Shown: positions 11,119-21,500 of the stretch, one piece after another
Position numbering within the stretch: position 1 is the stretch's first letter
Layout of the letters: each line of letters begins with the position of its first letter
Assembly (NCBI GenBank): GCA_965279525.1
Contig: CBDIIB010000004.1
Location: 608,001 to 672,000, forward strand
Direction: 5' to 3'
DNA: 64,000 nt
DNA from: Tagaea sp.
Lineage (GTDB): Bacteria > Pseudomonadota > Alphaproteobacteria > CACIAM-22H2
Translations under genes and position numbers: made by a program
The notes under the pieces: model-generated
What the model was told of the DNA's origin: nothing
Database searches by the model: none
Seen by the model: the letters and a program-made list of their open reading frames with translations, nothing else

Positions 11119-13296
11119 TTGCCCGCTAGCGCCAGTCAGATACCGCCGTCCATCGGCAGCCAACCCAGTGTCGACCCGCCTCGCGGTTCGCTTGCGCAGT
11201 GCTTCGCCCACATGATCCGGCATTTCGACCTCGCCGACGCGGCCGAGAACATGCCGGCAGCACCCGAAACGCCCGGCGCCTTCGTCGACGCCTGCGCCAA
11301 GATGGGCCTCGAGGCCGAAGCGCGCACCATCATGGTCGAGGCCGTGCCGCGCCAGCCGATGCCGGTCGTTCTGATGCTGAAAGGCGCGCAGGCCGCGATC
11401 GCGACCGAAGCGCGGCCTGAATCGCTGCGCGTGCTCGCCCCCGCCACCGGGCGCAGCGAGTGGCTCGACATGGCCGAGCTCAACGCGATGTACGCCGGGG
11501 CGGCCATCTTCGTCCAGCCGCGGCGCGAAGCCGCACAGACCGATCCTGCCGACGAGATCGAGAAGCCCAAGAGCAAGCGCTGGTTCTGGCAGGCGCTGTT
11601 CCTCGCCTGGCCTTCCTACATCCATGTCGTGCTCGGCTCGATCCTGATCAACGTGCTGGCCATGCTTGCCCCGCTCTATTCGATGACGGTCTACGACCGC
11701 GTGGTGCCCAACGCCGCGATCGAGACGCTGTGGGTGATGTCGACGGGCATCCTGCTCGTCTACGTGTTCGATTTCGCGATCCGCATGCTGCGCGGCTATT
11801 TCGTCGATTTCGCGGGCAAGCGGGTCGACGCCCTCCTCGCCTCGCGCATCTTCGACCAGGTCATCCGCATCCGGCTCGAAAGCCGCCCGTCGTCGGCCGG
11901 CGGCTTCGCCAACAACCTGCGCGAATTCGAAACACTTCGCGAGTTCTTCTCCTCGGCGACGGTCACCACGCTCGTCGATCTGCCCTTCGTCGTGATGTTC
12001 CTTGCCGGCATCTGGTTCATCGGCGGCTGGCTCGTGCTCACGCCGCTGATCGCGTTCCCGATCGTGCTGCTCGTCGGCCTCGCGATCCAGATCCCGCTCG
12101 AGCGCGTCGTCAAGCAGGCGATGGCGCTGGGTGCCGTGCGCCACGCCGTCCTCGTCGAGACCGTCGCGGGCCTCGAAACGATCAAGACTGTCGGTGCGGG
12201 CGACCGCATGCAGAACCGCTGGGAAGCCTCGGTCGAGGCGTCGGCCGGTGCCGCCGTCACGTCCAAGGTCTATTCGTCGCTCGCCATCAACTTCTCGATG
12301 CTGGCGCAGAACCTCGTGACGATGCTCATCATCATGCACGGCGTCTACCTGTTCACCGAGAACATGCTGACCACCGGCGCCCTGATCGCCTGCACGATGC
12401 TCGCCGGCCGCGCGATGGCGCCGCTGGGGCAGATCGCCGGCATCCTCACCCGCCTCAAGCAGAGCCAGGCCTCGCTCGACACGCTGGACGGGATAATGGC
12501 GCTGCCCAAGGAAGGCGACGCGCGCCGGCGCTATCTCGAGCGCGAGAACCTGACCGGCGACGTCGAATTCCGCAACGTGTCCTTCGCCTATCCTGGCCAA
12601 GGCAACGAGGTGCTGCGCAACGTGAGCTTCGCGATCCGGGCGGGCGAGCGTGTCGGCATCGTCGGTCCGATCGGCTCGGGCAAGAGCTCGATCCTGAAGC
12701 TGCTGCTCGGCCTCTATCGCGCCAAGGAAGGCCAGATCATGATCGGCGGGGCGGACATCCGCCAGCTCGATCCGGACGACCTGCGCAAACACATCGGCGC
12801 GGTTCCGCAGGACGTGATCCTGTTCGCGGGCTCCGTGCGCGACAACATCGCCGTCGGCGTGCCCTATGCCGAGGACAAGGAAATCCTCGAAGCGGCCCAG
12901 CTTGCCGGCGTGGACGAATTCGTGCGCCAGCATCCCGAAGGCTACGACTGGGCCGTCGGCGAACGCGGCGAGCGCCTTTCCGGCGGCCAGCGCCAGGCGA
13001 TCGCGATGGCCCGCGCCGTGCTCCCCCGTCCGAAGATCCTCGCGATGGACGAGCCGACGAGCGCCATGGACCAGGGCTCCGAACAGGCGATGAAGATCCG
13101 CCTCGAAGAAATGCTCGAAGGCCGCACGCTCGTGCTGGTCGCGCACCGCCCGTCGCTGCTCACGCTGGTCACGCGGCTCATCGTCGTCGACCGCGGCCGC
13201 ATCATCGCCGACGGGCCGCGCGAGAAGGTCCTCGAAGCGCTCGGCCGCCGCCGTCCGCCGGGCGGTACTTCGCGCAGCGTCGAACGGGTCGACTGA
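11119..13296 (+). CDS. Type I secretion ABC permease/ATPase, LapB/LssB-like with N-terminal C39-like domain (start uncertain: 11068 or 11119)
   Basis: WFW, VYDRVVPNAAIETLW, Walker A GPIGSGKS, LSGGQRQ, MDEPTSAMD; GGGAG 8 nt before TTG 11119. Confidence 0.95.
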   Translation: MPASASQIPPSIGSQPSVDPPRGSLAQCFAHMIRHFDLADAAENMPAAPETPGAFVDACAKMGLEAEARTIMVEAVPRQPMPVVLMLKGAQAAIATEARPESLRVLAPATGRSEWLDMAELNAMYAGAAIFVQPRREAAQTDPADEIEKPKSKRWFWQALFLAWPSYIHVVLGSILINVLAMLAPLYSMTVYDRVVPNAAIETLWVMSTGILLVYVFDFAIRMLRGYFVDFAGKRVDALLASRIFDQVIRIRLESRPSSAGGFANNLREFETLREFFSSATVTTLVDLPFVVMFLAGIWFIGGWLVLTPLIAFPIVLLVGLAIQIPLERVVKQAMALGAVRHAVLVETVAGLETIKTVGAGDRMQNRWEASVEASAGAAVTSKVYSSLAINFSMLAQNLVTMLIIMHGVYLFTENMLTTGALIACTMLAGRAMAPLGQIAGILTRLKQSQASLDTLDGIMALPKEGDARRRYLERENLTGDVEFRNVSFAYPGQGNEVLRNVSFAIRAGERVGIVGPIGSGKSSILKLLLGLYRAKEGQIMIGGADIRQLDPDDLRKHIGAVPQDVILFAGSVRDNIAVGVPYAEDKEILEAAQLAGVDEFVRQHPEGYDWAVGERGERLSGGQRQAIAMARAVLPRPKILAMDEPTSAMDQGSEQAMKIRLEEMLEGRTLVLVAHRPSLLTLVTRLIVVDRGRIIADGPREKVLEALGRRRPPGGTSRSVERVD

Positions 13297-14627
13297 TGGC
13301 GAACAACACCCCCGCCCTCGCCCGCCAGGCCGCGGTCCCCGATCGCCTTGCCGGCACGCGCATATCCCCGCCAGCCTGGGGCGCCCTGTTTTTCGTGCTT
13401 GTCGCCGCCTTCATGGCGGCGGCGATCCTGTGGGCCAGTGTCGGGCGCGTCGACACCTACGCGAGCGGCCTCGGCAAAGTCGTGCCGTCGCTGCAAGTCC
13501 AGCGCGTGCAGAACCTCGAAGGCGGCATCCTGAGCCAGCTTCTGGCCGGCGAAGGCGACAAGGTCGTCGAGGGCCAGATCGTCGCGCGCATCGACGACGT
13601 GGCATTCGCATCCGAGTTCCAGCAGAACCGCCAGCGCTATCTGGCCCTGTCCGCAGCCGTCGGCCGCCTGAAGGCGGAAATCTCCGGGGCACCCGCACCC
13701 GAATTCACCGACGAGACGCTGCTCGACGGCAAGGCCTTCGTCGAGGCCGAGCGCGGCCTGTTCCAGAGCCGCCGGCAGGAGCTGGAGTCCGCGCGCGACG
13801 GCCTGTCGCGCCTGCTCACCCAGCGCCAGCAGGAGCTGCGCACCTTCCAGGACCGCGAGAACTGGCTGACGCGCAGCCACGAACTTTCCAACCGGGAGCT
13901 CGAGATCGTGCGCGAAGTGGCCGAGCGCGGCTACCGTTCGCAGCTCGACCTGATCCGCCTCCAGCGCCAGTCGAACGAGATCGACGGCCAGCTTCGTGCC
14001 GCCCGCCTCGCCATCCCCGGTTCGCGCGCCGCGATCGCCGAGATCGAGGCGCGGCTGGCCGAGCGCGAACGCGCCTATCGCCGCGAGGCGTCGGTCGAGC
14101 TTGCCCAGCGCGGCTCGGAACTGGCCACCACGGCGGAGATCCTGCGCTCGATGGCCGACCGGGTGGCAAGACGCGACGTGCGCGCCCCCACGTCTGGCAC
14201 CGTCAAGCAGATCGCGCAGCGCACCATCGGCGGCGTGCTCGAGCCGGGCAGCGTCATCATGGAAATCGTGCCGAGCGAGGACGAGCTGCTCGTCGAGGCC
14301 CGGATCCGGCCGAGCGACATCGCCTTCGTGCATGTCGGCCAGACCGCGCTCGTGAAGATCACGGCTTACGACTTCTCGATCTATGGCGGCATCCACGCGA
14401 CGGTCGCCCGGATCAGCGCCGACACGATCCCGGACGAGCGCGGCGAGCCGTGGTTCATCGTGCGGGTCCGGGCCGACCGGATGAGCCTGGGCGATTCCGA
14501 GCGGCCGCTGCCGATTTCCTCGGGAATGACCGCGATGGTCGATATCGTTACTGGCCAACGGACCGTCTTGCAGTATCTTCTGAAGCCGATCCTCAAGGCG
14601 ACGGACAGGGCGCTTACCGAGCGCTGA
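13296..14627 (+). CDS. HlyD-family T1SS membrane fusion protein
   Basis: TGATG coupling; N-terminal TM, GKVVPS...VQNLEGG, coiled coil, VKITAYDFSIYG, RTVLQYLLKP. Confidence 0.95.
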   Translation: MANNTPALARQAAVPDRLAGTRISPPAWGALFFVLVAAFMAAAILWASVGRVDTYASGLGKVVPSLQVQRVQNLEGGILSQLLAGEGDKVVEGQIVARIDDVAFASEFQQNRQRYLALSAAVGRLKAEISGAPAPEFTDETLLDGKAFVEAERGLFQSRRQELESARDGLSRLLTQRQQELRTFQDRENWLTRSHELSNRELEIVREVAERGYRSQLDLIRLQRQSNEIDGQLRAARLAIPGSRAAIAEIEARLAERERAYRREASVELAQRGSELATTAEILRSMADRVARRDVRAPTSGTVKQIAQRTIGGVLEPGSVIMEIVPSEDELLVEARIRPSDIAFVHVGQTALVKITAYDFSIYGGIHATVARISADTIPDERGEPWFIVRVRADRMSLGDSERPLPISSGMTAMVDIVTGQRTVLQYLLKPILKATDRALTER

Positions 14628-14676
14628 CCGGCCGCCCTTGCGGACAAGGCCAGACAACACGAACCCCGTGGGACCG

Positions 14677-15492
14677 ATGCCAGATCCGAAGAAGCCGACC
14701 GCTCGCCCCACAGCTCCGGCCCCCGCCCCGGCCTCCGCTCCCGAGAATTCCGGCCTTCCGCCGCTGTACCAGCGGGTCCGGCCGATCGAGCCGGCACGCC
14801 ACGCCGAATGGGGTATCGCCGATCTCCGCTCGTACAATTTCGCCGCCAAGTCGCGCGCGATCCCGATCACCGGGGCCGAGTTCCCGACGGCGGCACGCGA
14901 CTATCCCATCGTGTTCGTCACGAAGCCCACGCCGATGGCGGCGATCCTTGTCGGTCTCCGGCCCGACGAGAACCTGTTCGTCGACGGCAAGGGCACGTGG
15001 CGCCCGGGCAGCTACATGCCTGCCTACCTGCGCCGCTATCCCTTCCTGATCGCCCAGTCGCCCGACGGCGACCGCCTGATCCTGTGCGTCGACGAGGGCA
15101 GCGAGCTGGTTTCCGACAAGGCGCCGCTGCGCTTTTTCGAGGACGGCAAGCGCTCGAAATATCTCGACCGGATGCTCCAGCTCGGCGCCGACATCCACCG
15201 CGACCAGGTGCGTACCGCCCAGATCGTCCAGCTTCTCGAGAAGCTGGGCCTGCTGATCGAACGGCGGATCGAGGTCGGCCTGCCCGGGGGCGAGCGCATC
15301 GGCTTCCAGGGTTTCGGCGTGGTCGACGAGCGCAAGCTCAACGACCTGCCCGACGACAAGTTCCTCGAGCTGCGCCGATCGGGCGGGCTCGGGCTCGTCT
15401 ATCTCCATCTCGTGTCGTTCGCGAACCTGCGCCAGCTCGGCGATATCGCCGCCGAGCGCAAGCCGGCCCCAGAACCCACAAAGGCCGGCTAG
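14677..15492 (+). CDS. SapC-family protein
   Basis: YNFAA...PITGAEF...YPIVF, GLRPDENLFV, W...YMPAYLRRYPF, GFGVVDERKL...L.YLHLVS. Confidence 0.85.
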   Translation: MPDPKKPTARPTAPAPAPASAPENSGLPPLYQRVRPIEPARHAEWGIADLRSYNFAAKSRAIPITGAEFPTAARDYPIVFVTKPTPMAAILVGLRPDENLFVDGKGTWRPGSYMPAYLRRYPFLIAQSPDGDRLILCVDEGSELVSDKAPLRFFEDGKRSKYLDRMLQLGADIHRDQVRTAQIVQLLEKLGLLIERRIEVGLPGGERIGFQGFGVVDERKLNDLPDDKFLELRRSGGLGLVYLHLVSFANLRQLGDIAAERKPAPEPTKAG

Positions 15493-15500
15493 GACCGGAT

Positions 15501-15533
15501 CCGGCCGCCCGCAGCGGAGCGCTGCGGGGCCGG
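15501..15533. terminator. GC hairpin between the convergent SapC and giant-protein genes
   Basis: CCCGCAGCG-GAG-CGCTGCGGG core extended by CCGGC/GCCGG; no U-tract. Confidence 0.5.
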
Positions 15534-15534
15534 C

Positions 15535-18500
15535 TCAGACCTGGTTCTGGTTGGCCGTCAGCAGCAGGTCGTCGAGGCTGTTGATCGTCGTGTTCGCCAG
15601 CAGCAGCGACCATTCCGGAGCACCCGGTGCCGCGTTGTCGACGCCGATATAGGTGCCCGCCGCCGTAGTCTCGAGCGTCAGATGCGCCGCCCAGTCGGAC
15701 GGTGCAGCATCGCCGAACAGGGCCGTGACGTCGATGCGGTCTTCCGTGTGATCGAAGCCCACCACCACGTCCGGCGTGTCGCTCGCGGCCGAAGCCATGA
15801 CGACGTCCACACCCGCACCCATCGTGACCGTGACCTGGCCGGGCGACGTGTCGTGGATTGTCGGCGCCGGTGCGATCTCGATGGTCGCGATGGCGGTCGT
15901 CGAGTAGCCGAGCGCGTCGGTGACGTAGTAGCTGAAGCTGTCGGTGCCGGAGAAACCGTTGGCGGGCACGTAGACGTAGCTGCCGTCCTCGGCGACCTGC
16001 AGGGCACCGTGGGCCGGACCGCTCGCCATGCCGAACGACAGCGCGTCGCCGTCGGGATCGAACGCGTCGAGCTGGCCGGCCGCCGAAGATCCGCCTTCGA
16101 CAGAGATATGCTCGTCGAGGGCCGTCGGCCCGTTGTTGGCGGCGACGCCGAAGCTGTAGATCTTCTCCGAGCTCGATCCGTCGATCGGATCGAACGTCTG
16201 GATCATGAAGCTGTCCTGGCCCGAGAACGTGATCGGCGGGTTGTAGGTGAACGTCCCGTCGACGTTCAGCGTCAGGCGGCCCGACGTGACCGCATCGCCG
16301 ATCGCGTAGAACTGCAGCGGGCCGTTCTCGTCCGTGGCGCTGATCTGGCCGGAGATCGGCATGCCCGAGCGCACGGCGTCGAATTCCGGCTGGTCGCCCC
16401 ACACCGTGGGTAGCGCCACCAGATTCATGTGGACCGCCGCCGTTCCGGCGTTGGAAACGACGCCGTTGGCGTCGGTGACCTGGTACTGGAACGTGTCCCA
16501 GCCCGTGTAGCCGTGGTTCGGCGTGTAGACATAGTCGCCGTTCGCGTCGATCGTGACGGTGCCGTGGGCGGCCTGCTGAGCCACGCTCCAGACCAGATCG
16601 GCCTGCGCGGTCTCGAGATCGGAACCCAGTGCCGCCAGGTTGCCGGTCAGCGGCGTGTTCATCGGCGCGTAGCCGTTGGTGCCGAGCGCATAGTCGCCCA
16701 CGACCGCAGGCGCGTAGTTGACCGCTTCGAGCGTGAACGTGATGTAGGCCGGCTGCTCGGAAACGTTGCCGTTGATGTCGACCGCGCGCAGCTCGACCTG
16801 GAACGTGCCCGACCAGTGCGCAGTCGGACGGAACACGAATTCGCCGGTATGCGTGTTGATGAGTTCGAACAGGCCGCCGCCCGCACCTTCCGTGACGATC
16901 GGATCGAGCAGGTAGTACTGCCACAGCGGTGTATCGGGATCGTACATCGGCACGGTGCCGTAGACGTACTGGTCCTGCAGGCCGGTGTAGGTGGCCGACT
17001 GGACGACCGGCTCATTGCCGATCGGGGACACACCGACCGTCGCCGTGTATTCGGCCGAAGCGCCGTGCTCGTCGGTGATCGAATAGCGGAACGTGTCGGT
17101 GCCGTACCAGTCGGGATCGGGCACGTACGCGTACTGCCCGCTGCCGAGATCGATCAGCGTGCCGTTGGCGGGATTGCCGACGATCGTGTAGTTCGCGACC
17201 GCATCGCCCTCGATGTCGGAGGCCTCGAGGACGATCCGGACCCACTGGTCCTCGACCGTGAAGAAGGTGTCGATCAGCGGACGCGGCGCGTCGTTGACCG
17301 GTGCGATGCCGATGTCGATCGTTCCGGACGTCCACGTCTGGAAGCCGTCGTTGCTGACCTGGTAGACCACATGGTCCTGGCCATTGATGTCGGGGCCCGA
17401 CACATAGGTGAACCCGGCTTCGCCGTTGATCGTGAAGGTGCCGAGTGCCGGCGCCGAGACGACGCGGTACTGCAGCGACGTGCCGTCGGGATTGAACGTC
17501 GCCCACGGCATATTGAGCGGCGTGTCCTCGAGCGTCGAGACGACCAGGTTGGCTGCCGTCGGCGTGTCGTGGACGGGTGTCACGGCCAGCGCGATGGCCT
17601 GCGTCGAGACGGCGCCATACTGGTCGACCATGCGCACGACGAAGCTGTCGGAGCCGAAGTAGTTGGCGTTCGGCGTGTAGACGAAGCGGCCGTCGGGCTC
17701 GACCGTGACGACGCCGTGCTGCGGGCCCTGCCCGTTGGCGAGGCTGACGGTGAACTGGTCGCCCTCGACGTCGCGCGCCTGGATGTTGCCGGCGAGGACC
17801 GTGTCTTCGGCGAGCGCGAACTGGGTCGCCTGCGCGTCCGGCGCGTCGTTGGTTTCGTTGATCAGGATCGCCACGGTCGCTGTCGCGGTGCCGCCGTTGC
17901 CGTCGGATACGTTGAACGTGAAGGATTCCGGCCCCATGTAGTTGAAGCTGGGCGTGTAGACGAACGTGCCGTCCGGATTGATCTGCAGGTTGCCGTGTGC
18001 CGGGCCGCCGTGGTTCGCGACCGAGAAGGTCAGCGTGTCGCCGTCGATGTCGCTGGCGACGAGCTGGCCGGTAAGCGGGACGTCCTGGCGCGACAGATAC
18101 GCGGCGACCGCCGCGACCGGCGGGTCGTTCAGGTTCGTCACGCCGATCTGCTGGACCACCGTGACCGGCGGCGATTTGCCGTCGGTGACCGTGTAGCTGA
18201 AGCTGTCGGCACCGACGAAATTGGCGGCCGGCGTATAGGTGAACGAGCCGTCGGGCTGCAGCGTCAGCGTGCCGTGTGCGGGACCCTGGCCGGGGACGAG
18301 CGTGTAGGCGAGCGTGTCGCCGTCCACGTCGGTCACCGAGAGCTGACCCGTCGTCACGTTGTCTTCGCCTGCCGCGATGGTCGCGGTTTCGCCGGCCGGC
18401 GCGTCGTTGACCGAGGCGATGCCGACCGTGATCGTCGCCGTCGACGTGCCGCCGCTGCCGTCGGAGACGGTGTAGCTGAACGTGTCGCTGCCGAAGTAGT

Positions 18501-21500
18501 TCGCACCCGGCGTGTAGGTATAGGTGCCGTCCAGGCCGATGACGACCGAACCGTGCGCCGGCGCGCCGTTGGGCGCCACGGTGAAGCTCAGCGTGTCGCC
18601 GTCGGCGTCGCTCGCGACGAGCTGGCCGACGATGGCGGTGTCCTCGTCGCCCGAAGCGGTGCCCGCGACGGCGACCGGGCCGTCATTGACCGACGCGACC
18701 GACAGCGCGACGGTGCCCGTCGCGAAACCGCCCTTGCCGTCCGACACGGTGTACGTGAACGAGTCCGAACCGTTGAAATCGGCGGTCGGCATGTAGGTGT
18801 AGGAACCGTCGAGATTCAGCGTGACGGTGCCGTGCGCCGGGCCGCCATTGTCGGCAAGCGCGTAGCTGAGGGAATCGCCGTCGGCGTCGGTCGCGGAAAG
18901 CTGGCCGGCGATCGCCGTTTCTTCCACCGTCGCCGCCGCTTCGGCCGCAGGAACCGGCGTGTCGTTGACCGACGCGACCGACAGATCGACCGAACCGGTC
19001 GCGAAGCCGCCCTTGCCGTCCGAGACGGAGTAGGTGAACGAGTCCGCGCCGAAATAGTTCGCATCCGGCGTGTAGGTGTAGGAGCCGTCGAGGTTCAGCG
19101 TGACGGTGCCGTGCGCCGGCCCGTTCTCGAGCGAATAGGCAAGCGCGTCGCCGTCGGCGTCGGTCGCCGCGAGCTGGCCCGCGATCGCCGTGTCCTCGTC
19201 GCCCGCATCCGTCGCATCCACGCCGACCGGCGTGTCGTTGACCGCACCGACCGAGACGCTGATCGTGCCGGTCGTGGTGCCGCCGTTGCCGTCCGAGACG
19301 GTGTAGGTGAAGCTGTCGGTGCCGTTGAAGTCCGCCGCCGGCGTATAGGTGTAGCTGCCGTCCGGTGCGATCGAGACCGTGCCGTTCGCAGGCCCGCCAT
19401 CCGCAGCCAGGCCGAACGTCAGCGCATCGCCTTCGATGTCGCTGGCGGCAAGCTGGCCCGTGACCGTGCCGTCTTCGGTGCCGTCGGCCGTACCACCCGT
19501 CGTGACCGGCCCGTCATTGACCGCTCCGACCGAGACGCTGATCGTGCCGGTCGCCGTGCCGCCCTTGCCGTCCGAGACGGTGTAGGTGAACGTGTCCGTG
19601 CCGTTGAAATTGGCATTCGGCGTGTAGGTGTACGAACCGTCGGCAGCGATCGAGACCGTGCCGTTCGCCGGGCCGCCATTCGCCGGGATCTCGTAGCTCA
19701 GCGTATCGCCGTCGATGTCGCTCGCGACGATCTGGCCCGTGACCGTGCCGTCCTCGCTGCCAGTCGCCGTTGCATCGGCCGTGGTCGGGCCGTCGTTCGT
19801 GCCGCCGACCGCGACCGATATCGTCCCGGTCGCCGTGCCGCCCTTGCCGTCCGATACGGTGTAGGTGAACGTGTCCGTTCCGTTGAAATTGGCGTTCGGC
19901 GTGTAGGTGTAGGAACCGTCCGGTGCGATGGACACGGTGCCGTTCGCAGGGCCGCCGTTCGCAGGAACCGAGTAGCTCAGCGTGTCGCCGTCGACGTCGC
20001 TCGCGACGATCTGGCCGGTGACCGTGCCGTCTTCCGTGCCGGAAGCCGCGCCGTTCGTCGTCGTCGGTCCGTCGTTCACGGAAGCGACTTCGAGCGCGAT
20101 CGTGCCGGTCGTCGTGCCGCCCTGGCCGTCGGAGACCGTGTAGGTGAACGAGTCCGTGCCGTTGAAGTTGGCATTCGGCGTGTAGGTATAGCTGCCGTCG
20201 GGCGCGATCGAGACCGTGCCATTCGCAGGGCCACCGTTCGCCGCCAGGCCGAAATCCAGCGCATCGCCGTCCACGTCGCTCGCGACGATCTGGCCGGCGA
20301 TCGTGCCGTCCTCGCTGCCGGCGGCCGCACCGCCCGCGGTCGTCGGTCCGTCATTGACCGCACCGACTTCGACTTCGACCGTGCCCGTCGCGAAACCGCC
20401 CTTGCCGTCCGAAACCGTGTAGGTGAACGAGTCGGTCCCGTTGAAGTTGGCGTTCGGCGTGTAGGTGTAGGAACCGTCCAGGTTCAGCGTCACCGTGCCG
20501 TTTGCAGGCACGCCATCCAGCGCGACCGAATAGCTGAGCGCGTCGCCGTCCGCATCCGTCGCTGCCAGCTGGCCGGCAACCGCATTGTCTTCGCTAGCCG
20601 CGGCCGCTCCGCCCGCCGTCTGCGGCAGATCGTTGACCGACGCCACATCGACGCTGATCGTGCCGGTCGTCGTCCCGCCCTTGCCGTCGGAGACCGTATA
20701 AGTGAACGAGTCCGCGCCGTTGAAGTTGGCGTTCGGCGTGTACGTATAGGAACCATCGGACGCGATCGAGACCGTGCCGTTGGCAGGACCGCCGTTTGCG
20801 GGGATCGCGTAGCTCAGCGTATCGCCATCAACGTCGCTCGCGACGATCTGGCCCGTGACGACGCCGTCTTCCGTGCCGCTCGCAGTACCACTCGTCGTCG
20901 TCGGGCCGTCGTTGACCGCGCCGACCGCAACCGAGATCGTGCCGGTCGCCGTTCCGCCCTTGCCGTCGGAGACGGTGTAGGTGAACGAATCAGTCCCGTT
21001 GAAGTTGGCGTTCGGCGTGTAGGTGTAGCTGCCATCGGCCGCGATCGAGACCGTACCGTTGGCCGGACCACCGTTGGCCGGAACCGAGTAGCTCAGCGTG
21101 TCGCCGTCGACGTCGCTCGCGACGATCTGGCCGGTGACCGTGCCGTCTTCAGTGCTGCTCGCCGTGCCACTCGTCGTCGTCGGGCCGTCGTTGACCGCAC
21201 CGACCGCAACCGAGATCGTGCCAGTGGTCGTTCCGCCCTTGCCGTCGGACACGGTGTAGGTGAAAGAGTCCGTGCCATTGAAATTGGCGTTCGGCGTGTA
21301 GGTGTAGCTGCCATCGGCCGCAATGCTGACCGTGCCGTTGGCCGGGCCGCCGTTCGCGGGAACCGAGTAGCTAAGCGTGTCGCCGTCGATGTCGCTCGCA
21401 ACGATCTGCCCGGTGACGATGCCGTCTTCCGTACCGGCAGCCGTGCCGCCCGTCGTCGTCGGACCGTCGTTCGTGGCGCCGACCGCAACGCTGATCGTGC

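Noticed and set aside
11029-13146. 705-aa antisense ORF over the ABC transporter, and similar ones over phaC, hom, the GT4 and the pentapeptide genes
   Set aside because: Typical GC-rich antisense shadows of well-supported genes.
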